Assembly (NCBI GenBank): GCA_021798985.1
Contig: JAJZBI010000021.1
Span: 8,573 to 72,572 of the forward strand
Origin: Actinomycetes bacterium
GTDB taxonomy: Bacteria; Actinomycetota; Acidimicrobiia; Acidimicrobiales; Bog-793
Direction of reading: 5' to 3'
Length of the DNA: 64,000 bases
Positions 56,662 through 64,000 of this stretch are shown here, one piece after another (the first letter of the stretch is position 1; each line of letters begins with the position of its first letter). The notes beneath the pieces are model-generated. The model was given only the letters and a program-made list of their open reading frames with translations, ran no database searches and had not been told where the DNA came from. Made by a program: the position numbers and the translations under genes.

Positions 56662-58078
56662 CGGGCCCTTGTCGGGCGCGCTCGTCCTCACCGAGTCCGT
56701 TTGGGCCTCGGTGCTCGCCACCGCGCTCGTGCACGGCCGCGGCGGGGGCCACGAGGACGTGCCGTTCCTCGCGCTCTTCTTCCCGGCGCTCGTGTCGCTC
56801 GCCTTGGCGAGCGCCATCGCCACCCGCGTCGCTTCGCTCGGCGCGCGCGCCGCGGCGATGGTGGTCCCCGGCGTGGGCGCGATGGTCCTCGGGGCGCTGG
56901 CGTACGACACGGTTGTCCTCGGGGGCCGGGCGGCCGACGTCGTGACCCCGTGGTCGGCGAGTGGCGCCGCCGGTCACGCCGCGGTGGTCGCGCTCGTCTT
57001 GTGCGGGCTGGCGGCGCTGCGCGGCGCGGTCGTGGGCCTCGCCGAGCCCCGGGTGCGCCAGGCGATGGTCTCGCTGGGGATCGGCACCGCGGTCGTCCTC
57101 GTGACGCTCCTCGTCGCCGCCACCCACCGCAGCGGCGAGGACGCTGCACTGGCGCGCAGCACGGCCAGCATGCTCGTCTTCGCCGTGCCGGCCGGCGTGG
57201 CGGCGATGGGGCTCGTCCGGGAGCGCCAGCTCGAGCGGGCCGGGACCGGCCGGGCGATGCAGGCGACCGGCATCGCGAGCCTGTTGGGGGTGGCCGCGCC
57301 GATCGCCCTCGCCGTCGCCGTGGCGCTCGTCATCGTCGCCCTCGGCAGCCTCGTGGCGCCACCGGTCGGACACGGGCTCGAGGCCGTCGGGCGCGGTGTC
57401 GGCGCGTTGATCTCAGACTTCTTCGGCCTGTTCCGTCACGTGCATCTGAAGCTTCCCCTCCGCCCGGCCTCGCGACCCGCGGCGGCGCCGCCGCGGCCGC
57501 TTTCGCCCCTGCACTTCCACGAGCGGCCGGCTGGGCCGATTCCTTGGTGGCTGCTCGGGCTCGGCGCGCTGGCGGCCGCCATCGTGCTCAGCGTTGCCGG
57601 CGTGGTCGTGGTGCGGGTCCTTCGCCGACGACCCCGTCGCCTGGCCCGCACCGCGGCGATCGGCGAGGAGGTCCGCGACTCGGTGTTCTCGCTCGCCCAC
57701 GTCCTCGCCCAGCTGCGCTCGGTCTTGGCGCGCCACCCCGAAGCTGGTGCCCACGGCTCGCTCGGCACCGCCGAGGACGCCGTGGCCTCGGTCCGCCGCC
57801 ACTACCGCCGCTTCCTCGCCAGCCTCAGCGCCGGGGGACTGGCCCGTCGCGAGGCCGAGACGGCCGAGGAGCTGGCGGCTCGCCTCATCGAGCCGGCGGG
57901 CTCGGCCGCGCCCAGCCTCGGCACCCTGACCGAGCTGTATGAACAGGTCCGCTACGGCGCCGCGCCGGAAGCAGGCCCGGTCGTCGCCCGCGCGGGCGAG
58001 CTCGTCGACGAGGTCGCCGCGGCGGTGCTCGCTCATCACGCACGTGGCGGCGCCGAGGAGGCGCCCGCGCCAAAGTGA
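56630..58078 (+). CDS. Multi-pass membrane protein with C-terminal DUF4129
   Basis: Many TM segments; VRRHYRRF...ETAEE...LTELYEQVRYG; start uncertain. Confidence 0.82.
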   Translation: MNVRRSNWRASGPLSGALVLTESVWASVLATALVHGRGGGHEDVPFLALFFPALVSLALASAIATRVASLGARAAAMVVPGVGAMVLGALAYDTVVLGGRAADVVTPWSASGAAGHAAVVALVLCGLAALRGAVVGLAEPRVRQAMVSLGIGTAVVLVTLLVAATHRSGEDAALARSTASMLVFAVPAGVAAMGLVRERQLERAGTGRAMQATGIASLLGVAAPIALAVAVALVIVALGSLVAPPVGHGLEAVGRGVGALISDFFGLFRHVHLKLPLRPASRPAAAPPRPLSPLHFHERPAGPIPWWLLGLGALAAAIVLSVAGVVVVRVLRRRPRRLARTAAIGEEVRDSVFSLAHVLAQLRSVLARHPEAGAHGSLGTAEDAVASVRRHYRRFLASLSAGGLARREAETAEELAARLIEPAGSAAPSLGTLTELYEQVRYGAAPEAGPVVARAGELVDEVAAAVLAHHARGGAEEAPAPK

Positions 58079-58133
58079 GCCGAGCGCGAGGTCCGAGACG
58101 CCACGGGCTCGGTCTGGCGCTACGGTCGCACAC

Positions 58134-58418
58134 GTGGCGAGCGTCGTGCATCGGGCCGATCAGCACCGCTTTGTGATTGAAGAGGACGGCGCCGAAGGCG
58201 AGCTCGTCTATGAGCGGCGCGACGGCGAGGTCGTCTTCGTCCACACGGGCGTGCCACCACAGATCCAGAACCGAGGGCTCGCCGCGAAGCTCGTCGCGGC
58301 GGGGACGACGTGGGCGGCATCCGAGCAACTCGTCGTCGTGCCGCAGTGCTCCTACGTGCAGGTGTGGCTGAAGCGCCATCCCGAACAAGCCGCCGCGCTC
58401 GACATCGCCTGGCCGTAA
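58134..58418 (+). CDS. Small GNAT-family acetyltransferase (YjdJ-like)
   Basis: HTGVPPQIQNRGLA, PQCSYV. Confidence 0.85.
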   Translation: MASVVHRADQHRFVIEEDGAEGELVYERRDGEVVFVHTGVPPQIQNRGLAAKLVAAGTTWAASEQLVVVPQCSYVQVWLKRHPEQAAALDIAWP

Positions 58419-58594
58419 GAACGCGGCGGCCCGCCAACGCGCGCCCCATCCTCGCGGGCGCCGCCGCCCGCTGGCTGGCCCGCCAAGTGACGGCGGTGCC
58501 AGCCGGACCCCTCGGTGGTGCGTGCCGCTGCGCTCCCTCCCGGCAGGCGTGGTCGACGGGGTGGATCCACCCTCGCTCCCAGCGCCTCACTACG

Positions 58595-61543
58595 GTGAGC
58601 ACCGTGGAGGACACCGGCGCCGCAGTCGTCGCTTCCCCGCCCCGGCGTCCCCGCCCGATCGACGGGGCGGTTCCCCGAGTCCTGAGCTTCCTGCCGGGAG
58701 ATCCCCCGCGCCAGGGCACCTTCGTCGCCTACCCGCGCCCGGCCGGGATGCGAACAGGCAACGGGTCCGGCGAGGCGATGGAACTGGAGGTCGTGGTGGC
58801 GACGGGGCGGAGCGCGTCGGTTCGCCGCCGCATCGTCCCCGCCCAGCCGATCGGCATTGCCGAGGCGCTCGCCGCTCTCGACGGCGGTCTCGAGGGTGCC
58901 GCCATCTGGTCGGCCGTGCTCTCGGCGGGCCTCGGCCTGATCGCCCGCGGCCGGCTGTATCCGACGGTCACCACCACGGGGGCCGACGCCTGGCGGGCTG
59001 GTCCGCTCGATGCGGCGGATCGCCGGCTCCTCGCCGAGCTCGCCGCGGCGCTGCCGCCGGCGGCACACGCCCTGGTGGTCCCCGGATCGTCGCCGCTTCG
59101 GATCCGCTCGGCCGCCGGCTTGATCCAGGCCTGTTGGGACGCCCTCGCCGACACGCTCCCGCGCACGGCCGCGGCCCCCTTGATCGTCGCGAACGGCGCT
59201 GCGTCGGCCGCGCCCTTCGCCGCTCTTGCCCCGGTCGCCTGCGCTGAGCTGGCGCCGTGGCTCGTCGATGCTGCCGGCGGCCTGGTCGATGAGACGGGCG
59301 CGGACGTGGCGCTGCGCATCGAGCTCGATCCGCTCGCGGGGCCTGCGCCGTCTGTTCGACAAGCGCTCGATGACCAAGGAGATGGCGCCGCCCACCAGAA
59401 GACGAGCGGGCGCGAGGGCGAGGACAATGCCGGACTGGTCGGCCGTGCCGTGCTCCAGCTCACGAGCCGCGCGGAGGCAAGCCTGGTGGTCGATGCCGCC
59501 GAGCTGTACCGCGCACCGGCGGCGGTTGTGGCCCGCTTCGGCGATGATGCCGAGACCGACCTGTTGCGCGCGCTGCGGCGCGGGGCGCGGGCCTGGCCAC
59601 CGCTCGAGGCGCTGCTGCACGAGCGGGCGCCGACCGGCCTCGACCTCGACGAGGACCGCCTCGCCGAGCTATTGAGCGAGGGCACCGCACGGTTCCAAGG
59701 GACGGGGATCTCGCTGCTCTGGCCGTCCGACATCTTGGCGGAGGGCATCGAGCTGCGCGCGGCGGTGGTCGCCGCTCCCGGGGTGGTGACCGAGGCGGGC
59801 TTCGGCCTCGACCAGCTCGTCGAGTTCACCTGGCAGGCCACCTTGGGCGGTGAGCTCCTCTCGGCCGAAGAGATCGACCAGCTGGCCGAGGCCAAGCGGG
59901 GCCTCGTTCGGCTGCGGGGGCGCTTTATCGCCGTCGACGCGGCGCTCCTCGAGCGCCTACGAGCAAAGCGACGGCGCCTCAGCGCCGCCGAGGCGCTCGG
60001 TAGCCTGCTCGCCGGGACGCTTGACCTCGATGGCGAATCGGTGCCCGTCGTGGCCGACGGTCCATTGGCCGGGCTGGCGGAGCGGCTCGGCGCGCTTCGC
60101 GCCGCGCCGGGTGACCTTGGCGTCCCGAAGGGCCTGGCGAGCGGGGTCGCGCTGCGCCCCTACCAGGCCCGCGGGGTGGCGTGGCTGGACGCGATGTGCG
60201 AGGCCGGGCTCGGGGGATGCCTTGCGGACGACATGGGGCTCGGAAAGACGCTGCAGGTGATCGCCCTCCATCTGCATCGCGCGGCGCGGGGCCGTGGGCC
60301 CACGCTCGTGATCTGTCCAACCTCGCTGCTCGGCAACTGGGAGCGCGAAATACGGCGCTTCGCGCCCGACACGGCGGTGCGCCGCCATCACGGCACCGCC
60401 CGAGATCTTCAAGATCTCGCGGTCGGCGAGATCGTCGTCACGAGCTACGGCATCGCCCGGCGCGACGCCGAGGCGCTTGGAGCCGCGGGCTTCGGCCTCG
60501 TGGTCGCCGATGAAGCTCAGCACGCGAAGAACCCCGCCACGGCAACGGCCCGGGCGCTTCGCGCCATTGGCGCTCCGGTGCGGCTCGCCCTCAGCGGGAC
60601 GCCCGTCGAGAACCGCCTGAGCGAGCTCTGGTCCATCCTCGATTGGACCATGCCGGGGCTGCTCGGGCCCTTCGAGCGCTTCGTGCGCAACGTCGCCACG
60701 CCGATCGAGCGCGAGCGCGACCCGCTCGTGACCGAGCGGCTGGCAAAGACCGTGATGCCTTTCGTGCTGCGCCGTAAGAAGACGGACCCCGAGGTGGCGC
60801 CGGACCTCCCAGCACGCATCGTCAGCGACGTGCCGGTTCCCCTGACGAGCGAGCAGGTCACCTTGTATGAGGCCGAGGTGCGCGAGGCGCTTGAGGCGAT
60901 CGCCACGAAGGACGGCATCGCCCGCCAGGGCCTCGTGCTGCGCATGCTGACGGTCTTGAAGCAGATCTGCAACCATCCGGCGCAGTACCTGCACCAGCGC
61001 GGGCCACTGGCCGGCCGCTCGGGCAAGCTCGCCGCGCTGGAGGAGCTCATCGACGTGATCGTGGCTGAGGGCGAGTCCGTCCTCGTCTTCAGCCAGTACG
61101 TCGAGTGCCTCGCGCTCATCGAGGCGCGGCTCTCCGAGCTCGGCGTGGCGAGCCTGCTCTTCCACGGTGGTGTCGCAGCCAAGCGCCGCGGCGAGATCGT
61201 CGCCGACTTCCAGGCGGGGAAGGCGCCGGTGCTCTTGTTGTCCTTGAAGGCCGGCGGGGTCGGCTTGAACCTGACGCGGGCGACCCATGTCGTGCACTTC
61301 GACCGGTGGTGGAACCCCGCCGTCGAGGATCAGGCAACCGACCGGGCGCATCGCATCGGTCAGGCTCGCCGCGTGCAAGTCCACCGGTTGATCGCCGAGG
61401 GCACCTTGGAGGATCGCGTCGGCCAGCTCATCGAGCAAAAGCGCGCGCTCGCCGAGGCGGTCGTCGGTGGCGGCGAGACGTTCCTCGGACAGCTCAGCAA
61501 CGAGGAGCTCGCAGATCTCGTGCAGCTGGGGAGCGGGGCGTGA
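58595..61543 (+). CDS. SNF2-family helicase/translocase
   Basis: LADDMGLGKT, DEAQ, SGTPVENRL, SLKAGGVGLNL, QATDRAHRIGQ; start uncertain. Confidence 0.95.
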   Translation: MSTVEDTGAAVVASPPRRPRPIDGAVPRVLSFLPGDPPRQGTFVAYPRPAGMRTGNGSGEAMELEVVVATGRSASVRRRIVPAQPIGIAEALAALDGGLEGAAIWSAVLSAGLGLIARGRLYPTVTTTGADAWRAGPLDAADRRLLAELAAALPPAAHALVVPGSSPLRIRSAAGLIQACWDALADTLPRTAAAPLIVANGAASAAPFAALAPVACAELAPWLVDAAGGLVDETGADVALRIELDPLAGPAPSVRQALDDQGDGAAHQKTSGREGEDNAGLVGRAVLQLTSRAEASLVVDAAELYRAPAAVVARFGDDAETDLLRALRRGARAWPPLEALLHERAPTGLDLDEDRLAELLSEGTARFQGTGISLLWPSDILAEGIELRAAVVAAPGVVTEAGFGLDQLVEFTWQATLGGELLSAEEIDQLAEAKRGLVRLRGRFIAVDAALLERLRAKRRRLSAAEALGSLLAGTLDLDGESVPVVADGPLAGLAERLGALRAAPGDLGVPKGLASGVALRPYQARGVAWLDAMCEAGLGGCLADDMGLGKTLQVIALHLHRAARGRGPTLVICPTSLLGNWEREIRRFAPDTAVRRHHGTARDLQDLAVGEIVVTSYGIARRDAEALGAAGFGLVVADEAQHAKNPATATARALRAIGAPVRLALSGTPVENRLSELWSILDWTMPGLLGPFERFVRNVATPIERERDPLVTERLAKTVMPFVLRRKKTDPEVAPDLPARIVSDVPVPLTSEQVTLYEAEVREALEAIATKDGIARQGLVLRMLTVLKQICNHPAQYLHQRGPLAGRSGKLAALEELIDVIVAEGESVLVFSQYVECLALIEARLSELGVASLLFHGGVAAKRRGEIVADFQAGKAPVLLLSLKAGGVGLNLTRATHVVHFDRWWNPAVEDQATDRAHRIGQARRVQVHRLIAEGTLEDRVGQLIEQKRALAEAVVGGGETFLGQLSNEELADLVQLGSGA

Positions 61544-62832
61544 GCGCGATGCCGCCCCGTCCCGGTTCGCCAAAGCGCGCCAACGGCCCATCGCTGCGTC
61601 GCCCGGGGAGCCGGCGCGGCTTTGGTGAGTCCTGGTGGGGCGCGGCGTGGATCGAGGCGCTCGAGCAACGGGCGCGCCTTGACCCGAATCGTCTGCCGCG
61701 CGGGCGGACCTATGCACGCAGCGGTGCCGTCGGCACGCTGAGCGTGGCCCCGGGTGAGGTGCTCGCAGAGGTACAGGGGAGCCGGCCCGCTCCCTACAAG
61801 GTCAAGGTCCGCGTCCGGCCCTTCGACGCGGCCGAGTGGGAGCGGGTGCTCGACGCACTGGCGGCTGAGATCGGCCACACCGCCGCATTGCTGGACGGTG
61901 AGCTGCCCTCGGGCATCGCCGACGACGTGGCCTCGGTGGGTCTCGACCTGTTGCCCGGCCCCGGTGAGGTGCAGCCCCGCTGTTCGTGTCCGGACTGGGC
62001 CGATCCCTGCAAGCACGCGGCGGCCGTGTGCTACCTCGTCGCCGATGTCCTCGATACCGACCCGTTCGCGGTCTTCTTGCTGCGCGGCCGGGCCCGGGAG
62101 GAGGTGCTCGCCGCGCTGCGCGCTCGTCGCGTCGGCGCGCCGAGCCCGCAGGTCCGCGAGGACCTCGTTCTCGAGCCAATCGCCGACGCGGGCGTCCTCG
62201 CGCGCGAGGCCTGGAGGCGCGCGCTGTCGCCATTGCCGCCGCTCCCGCCGTTGCCCCGCCGCGCGCTCCGTCCGACGGTGCTCGCGGCAGATCCACCGCC
62301 TGGGTCCGGCGTTGACGCCGCTGGCCTGCTGATGCTGGCGGCCGATGCTGCCGAGCGGGCGCTGTTAATTGCACGCGGTGCGAGCGACGAGGCGCGTTCG
62401 CTGAGCGTCGAACATGACCTTGCCCGACGCGCCGCGCGCCTCGTCGGGAGCGGCGACGGGCCTGGTGATGCGGCAAGCCTCGAGGACCTGGCGCGGCGCG
62501 CGGGGGTGGCGGTGCGCGAGCTCGCGCTGTGGGGACGGGCCTGGCGCGATGGCGGTGCCGAAGGGCTGGCCACCTTGACCGAATCGTGGGATCCCGATCG
62601 CCTCGCGCTGGCTTGGGGACGCGAGATCCTTCCCCACGCCGTCGTGCGGCGCAACCGGTTGACTCAAGGCGAGCAGCAGCTTCGCTACGGCCGCGACGGG
62701 CGTTTCTACCCCTACCGCAAGGACCGCTCTGGTCGTTGGACCCCGGACGGCCCGCCGCTCAGCAGGGAGGCCGATGAGGCGGTCGGCGCGCTCGATGAGT
62801 TCGCGGCCGAAGGTGGCGACAAGCGCCGCTGA
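61540..62832 (+). CDS. SWIM zinc-finger protein
   Basis: RLPRGRTYAR, CSCPDWADPCKHAAA; GTGA overlap with the SNF2 gene. Confidence 0.9.
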   Translation: MSAMPPRPGSPKRANGPSLRRPGSRRGFGESWWGAAWIEALEQRARLDPNRLPRGRTYARSGAVGTLSVAPGEVLAEVQGSRPAPYKVKVRVRPFDAAEWERVLDALAAEIGHTAALLDGELPSGIADDVASVGLDLLPGPGEVQPRCSCPDWADPCKHAAAVCYLVADVLDTDPFAVFLLRGRAREEVLAALRARRVGAPSPQVREDLVLEPIADAGVLAREAWRRALSPLPPLPPLPRRALRPTVLAADPPPGSGVDAAGLLMLAADAAERALLIARGASDEARSLSVEHDLARRAARLVGSGDGPGDAASLEDLARRAGVAVRELALWGRAWRDGGAEGLATLTESWDPDRLALAWGREILPHAVVRRNRLTQGEQQLRYGRDGRFYPYRKDRSGRWTPDGPPLSREADEAVGALDEFAAEGGDKRR

Positions 62833-62869
62833 ACCCAGCGCGAGCGCGAGACGCCGCGACGACGCCGCT

Positions 62870-62901
62870 CCCCAGCACGCCACCAAAGAGGGGTGCTGGG
62901 G
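62870..62901. terminator. Hairpin downstream of the SWIM gene
   Basis: ccccagcac (62870-62878) / gtgctgggg (62893-62901). Confidence 0.45.
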
Positions 62902-63328
62902 CGAACGTTCGAACAAGCGCGGCATGGTCGTGCCGTTCTCGTCTTGGGTCGTCATTCATTGGCCAGGTCGGGCCTGCAGAGACGATGGTCATGCTTCGGC
63001 TTGGCGTCGCGATGGCCAAGGAGGAGGCAAGCGCTCGGGCCGAGCATGGCGCCTTGGCGCGTGCTCGGGGAAGCGGGGCGCAAGACGGCGAACGCCCGAC
63101 AGATCTGCGTAAACCGGAGTCAGCGAATGCCGGGGCGCGATAGCCGCCCAACGCCGGGTACCAGCCGCCGTCTCGGTGAGTGGCGGCTCAGGAGACGAGT
63201 GGCCCTGCCGATAAATACATCCGTGTAACGTTCTGGCAGCGATCTGGAGAGCGCCGAGGGGTGTTCCCGATCGGGCGGCCTCGCTGTCGTTGAGCCTGCT
63301 CTCAAGCTCGCCATCCGATTCCAGGTCG

Positions 63329-63419
63329 TGTTCTCATATGCACACATCGGCCCAGCCGGCCGTGTGTGTTCATATCAACACGTGTCCCTTAATTATGACA
63401 ATGCGTGCATATGGGCACA
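63329..63419 (+). promoter_or_regulatory. Four 18-bp TGT-N12-ACA-like sites upstream of hipB (candidate autoregulatory operators)
   Basis: tgttctcatatgcacaca (63329), tgtgttcatatcaacacg (63365), tgtcccttaattatgaca (63383), tgcgtgcatatgggcaca (63402). Confidence 0.55.
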
Positions 63420-63644
63420 GCAGCTGAGTGGCGGGCGGGTAATCCAGCAGAGCTCGGGAAGACGATCGCCAGGTTGCGGCAGCGAGCGGGCCTGCGGCAG
63501 GAGGACCTCGCCGACAGGGCTGGCATCCGCCGCGAGTACCTCTCGAAGATCGAGTCCGGACACGCGACTGAGCAACTGCGGAGTCTCTTCATGATCCTCC
63601 GGGCGCTCGGGAACGAATTCGCTGTCGTTGAGCGGATCCATTGA
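63411..63644 (+). CDS. hipB: XRE-family HTH antitoxin, HipB-like
   Basis: ELGKTIARLRQRAGLRQEDLADRAGIRREYLSKIESG; TGATG coupling to the next ORF. Confidence 0.85.
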   Translation: MGTAAEWRAGNPAELGKTIARLRQRAGLRQEDLADRAGIRREYLSKIESGHATEQLRSLFMILRALGNEFAVVERIH

Positions 63645-63689
63645 TGGCAAGCGAAGCGCTCGATGTCTGGCTGTATGAGACCCTCATCG
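63644..63689 (+). pseudogene. hipA: 5' fragment of a hipA-like toxin gene interrupted by an IS element
   Basis: ATG overlapping the hipB stop; MASEALDVWLYETLI resembles the HipA N-terminal L-x-V-x-L motif; sequence switches to the IS end at 63690. Confidence 0.7.
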
Positions 63690-63900
63690 TTGACACCTCC
63701 CCGCCCTGAAGGGCGGGGATTCGGGGAACACTCGGCCTGTCATGGGACACATGACAGATCTCCCGCGCTCCTTCCCGCTTCGCGGCTGGCCGCAGGGAGA
63801 GATCCCTGTCTGACATCAGCTCCACGGGCGTTTAGGGTCTCCGACTGCCCATCGGCGACCGATTGCTCGCGCATCGCGAGCAAGCGCAACCCCTCGGCGA
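63690..63900 (-). ncRNA. Predicted TnpB omegaRNA (reRNA) scaffold overlapping the tnpB 3' end; 5' boundary approximate
   Basis: Stems at 63698-63719, 63738-63756 (tgtcatg/catgaca) and 63753-63810; known architecture of this IS family. Confidence 0.6.
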
Positions 63901-64000
63901 GGATGTTGCGGGCGGCGTTCACGTCCCGGTCGTGGGAAGCACCGCAGTTGCTACAGGTCCAGTGACGGACCCCGAGCTCTCGCTGGCCCTTCGGGCCAGC
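63740..64000 (-). CDS. tnpB: C-terminal part of the RNA-guided nuclease TnpB
   Basis: Reads [34 protein letters not shown]: zinc ribbon plus the RuvC-III Asp. Confidence 0.92.
   Translation of the reverse strand, partial: AGPKGQRELGVRHWTCSNCGASHDRDVNAARNILAEGLRLLAMREQSVADGQSETLNARGADVRQGSLPAASREAGRSAGDLSCVP

Larger units (their letters stand above)
63690..64000 (-). mobile_element. Right end of an IS200/IS605-family element (continues past the window)
   Basis: Minus strand ends ...ccccgcccttcagggcggggaggtgTCAA; subterminal hairpin tccccgccc-tgaa-gggcgggga (63698-63719). Confidence 0.9.

Noticed and set aside
127-62955. Hundreds of long overlapping or antisense ORFs in the supplied track (e.g. 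23850-26354 minus, 44169-45800 minus, 59957-61717 minus)
   Set aside because: Arg/Ala/Pro/Gly-rich shadow frames of recognisable genes, expected in high-GC DNA; no family motifs
62833-63328. Intergenic region with short ORFs (e.g. MVMLRLGVAMAKEE..., 62893-63228)
   Set aside because: No motifs or convincing coding signal; left unannotated
1-64000. CRISPR arrays, tRNA/rRNA genes, integrases, prophage genes
   Set aside because: No regularly spaced repeats, cloverleaf signatures or such protein motifs found by eye; tRNAscan and CRISPR-finder runs would be the definitive check

Overview
High-GC (roughly 70% by eye) actinobacterial chromosome segment. The gene set looks Acidimicrobiia-like, but that assignment is inference. 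About 55 CDS are present; I found no rRNA, tRNA or CRISPR array. Layout: (1) 1-24 kb is a large sugar-acid catabolic island with Udh, a GudD-like enzyme, GarL/GarR/Hyi, a TarD-like and an orphan enolase-superfamily enzyme, an IlvD-type dehydratase, a DHDPS-family lyase, a lactonase, malic enzyme, an ABC importer and IclR. Two of its promoters share a tandem 18-bp operator. (2) 24-35 kb holds a UvrD2-like helicase with an extra N-terminal zinc-finger-like extension, a vapBC pair, an unannotated two-domain toxin/antitoxin-like fusion, ppk1-ppx and ppm1 with a UPF0104 flippase-like gene. (3) 35-51.5 kb is a ROK-regulated amino-sugar-type catabolic locus (two Gfo/Idh/MocA, ABC importer, M81/MlrC, CutC, uncharacterised TIM barrel, NagB-like, LldD) facing an operon of PLP type-III enzyme, amidohydrolase and SDR. 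(4) 51.8-62.8 kb has menG/menF, MoxR-DUF58-DUF4129, a GNAT and SNF2-SWIM. (5) At the end is a hipB-hipA module whose hipA is cut at codon 16 by the right end of an IS200/IS605-family tnpB element, so the predicted omegaRNA guide derives from hipA. All product calls come from motif recognition, without database searches. Start codons were re-picked by eye where the ORF track over-extends.
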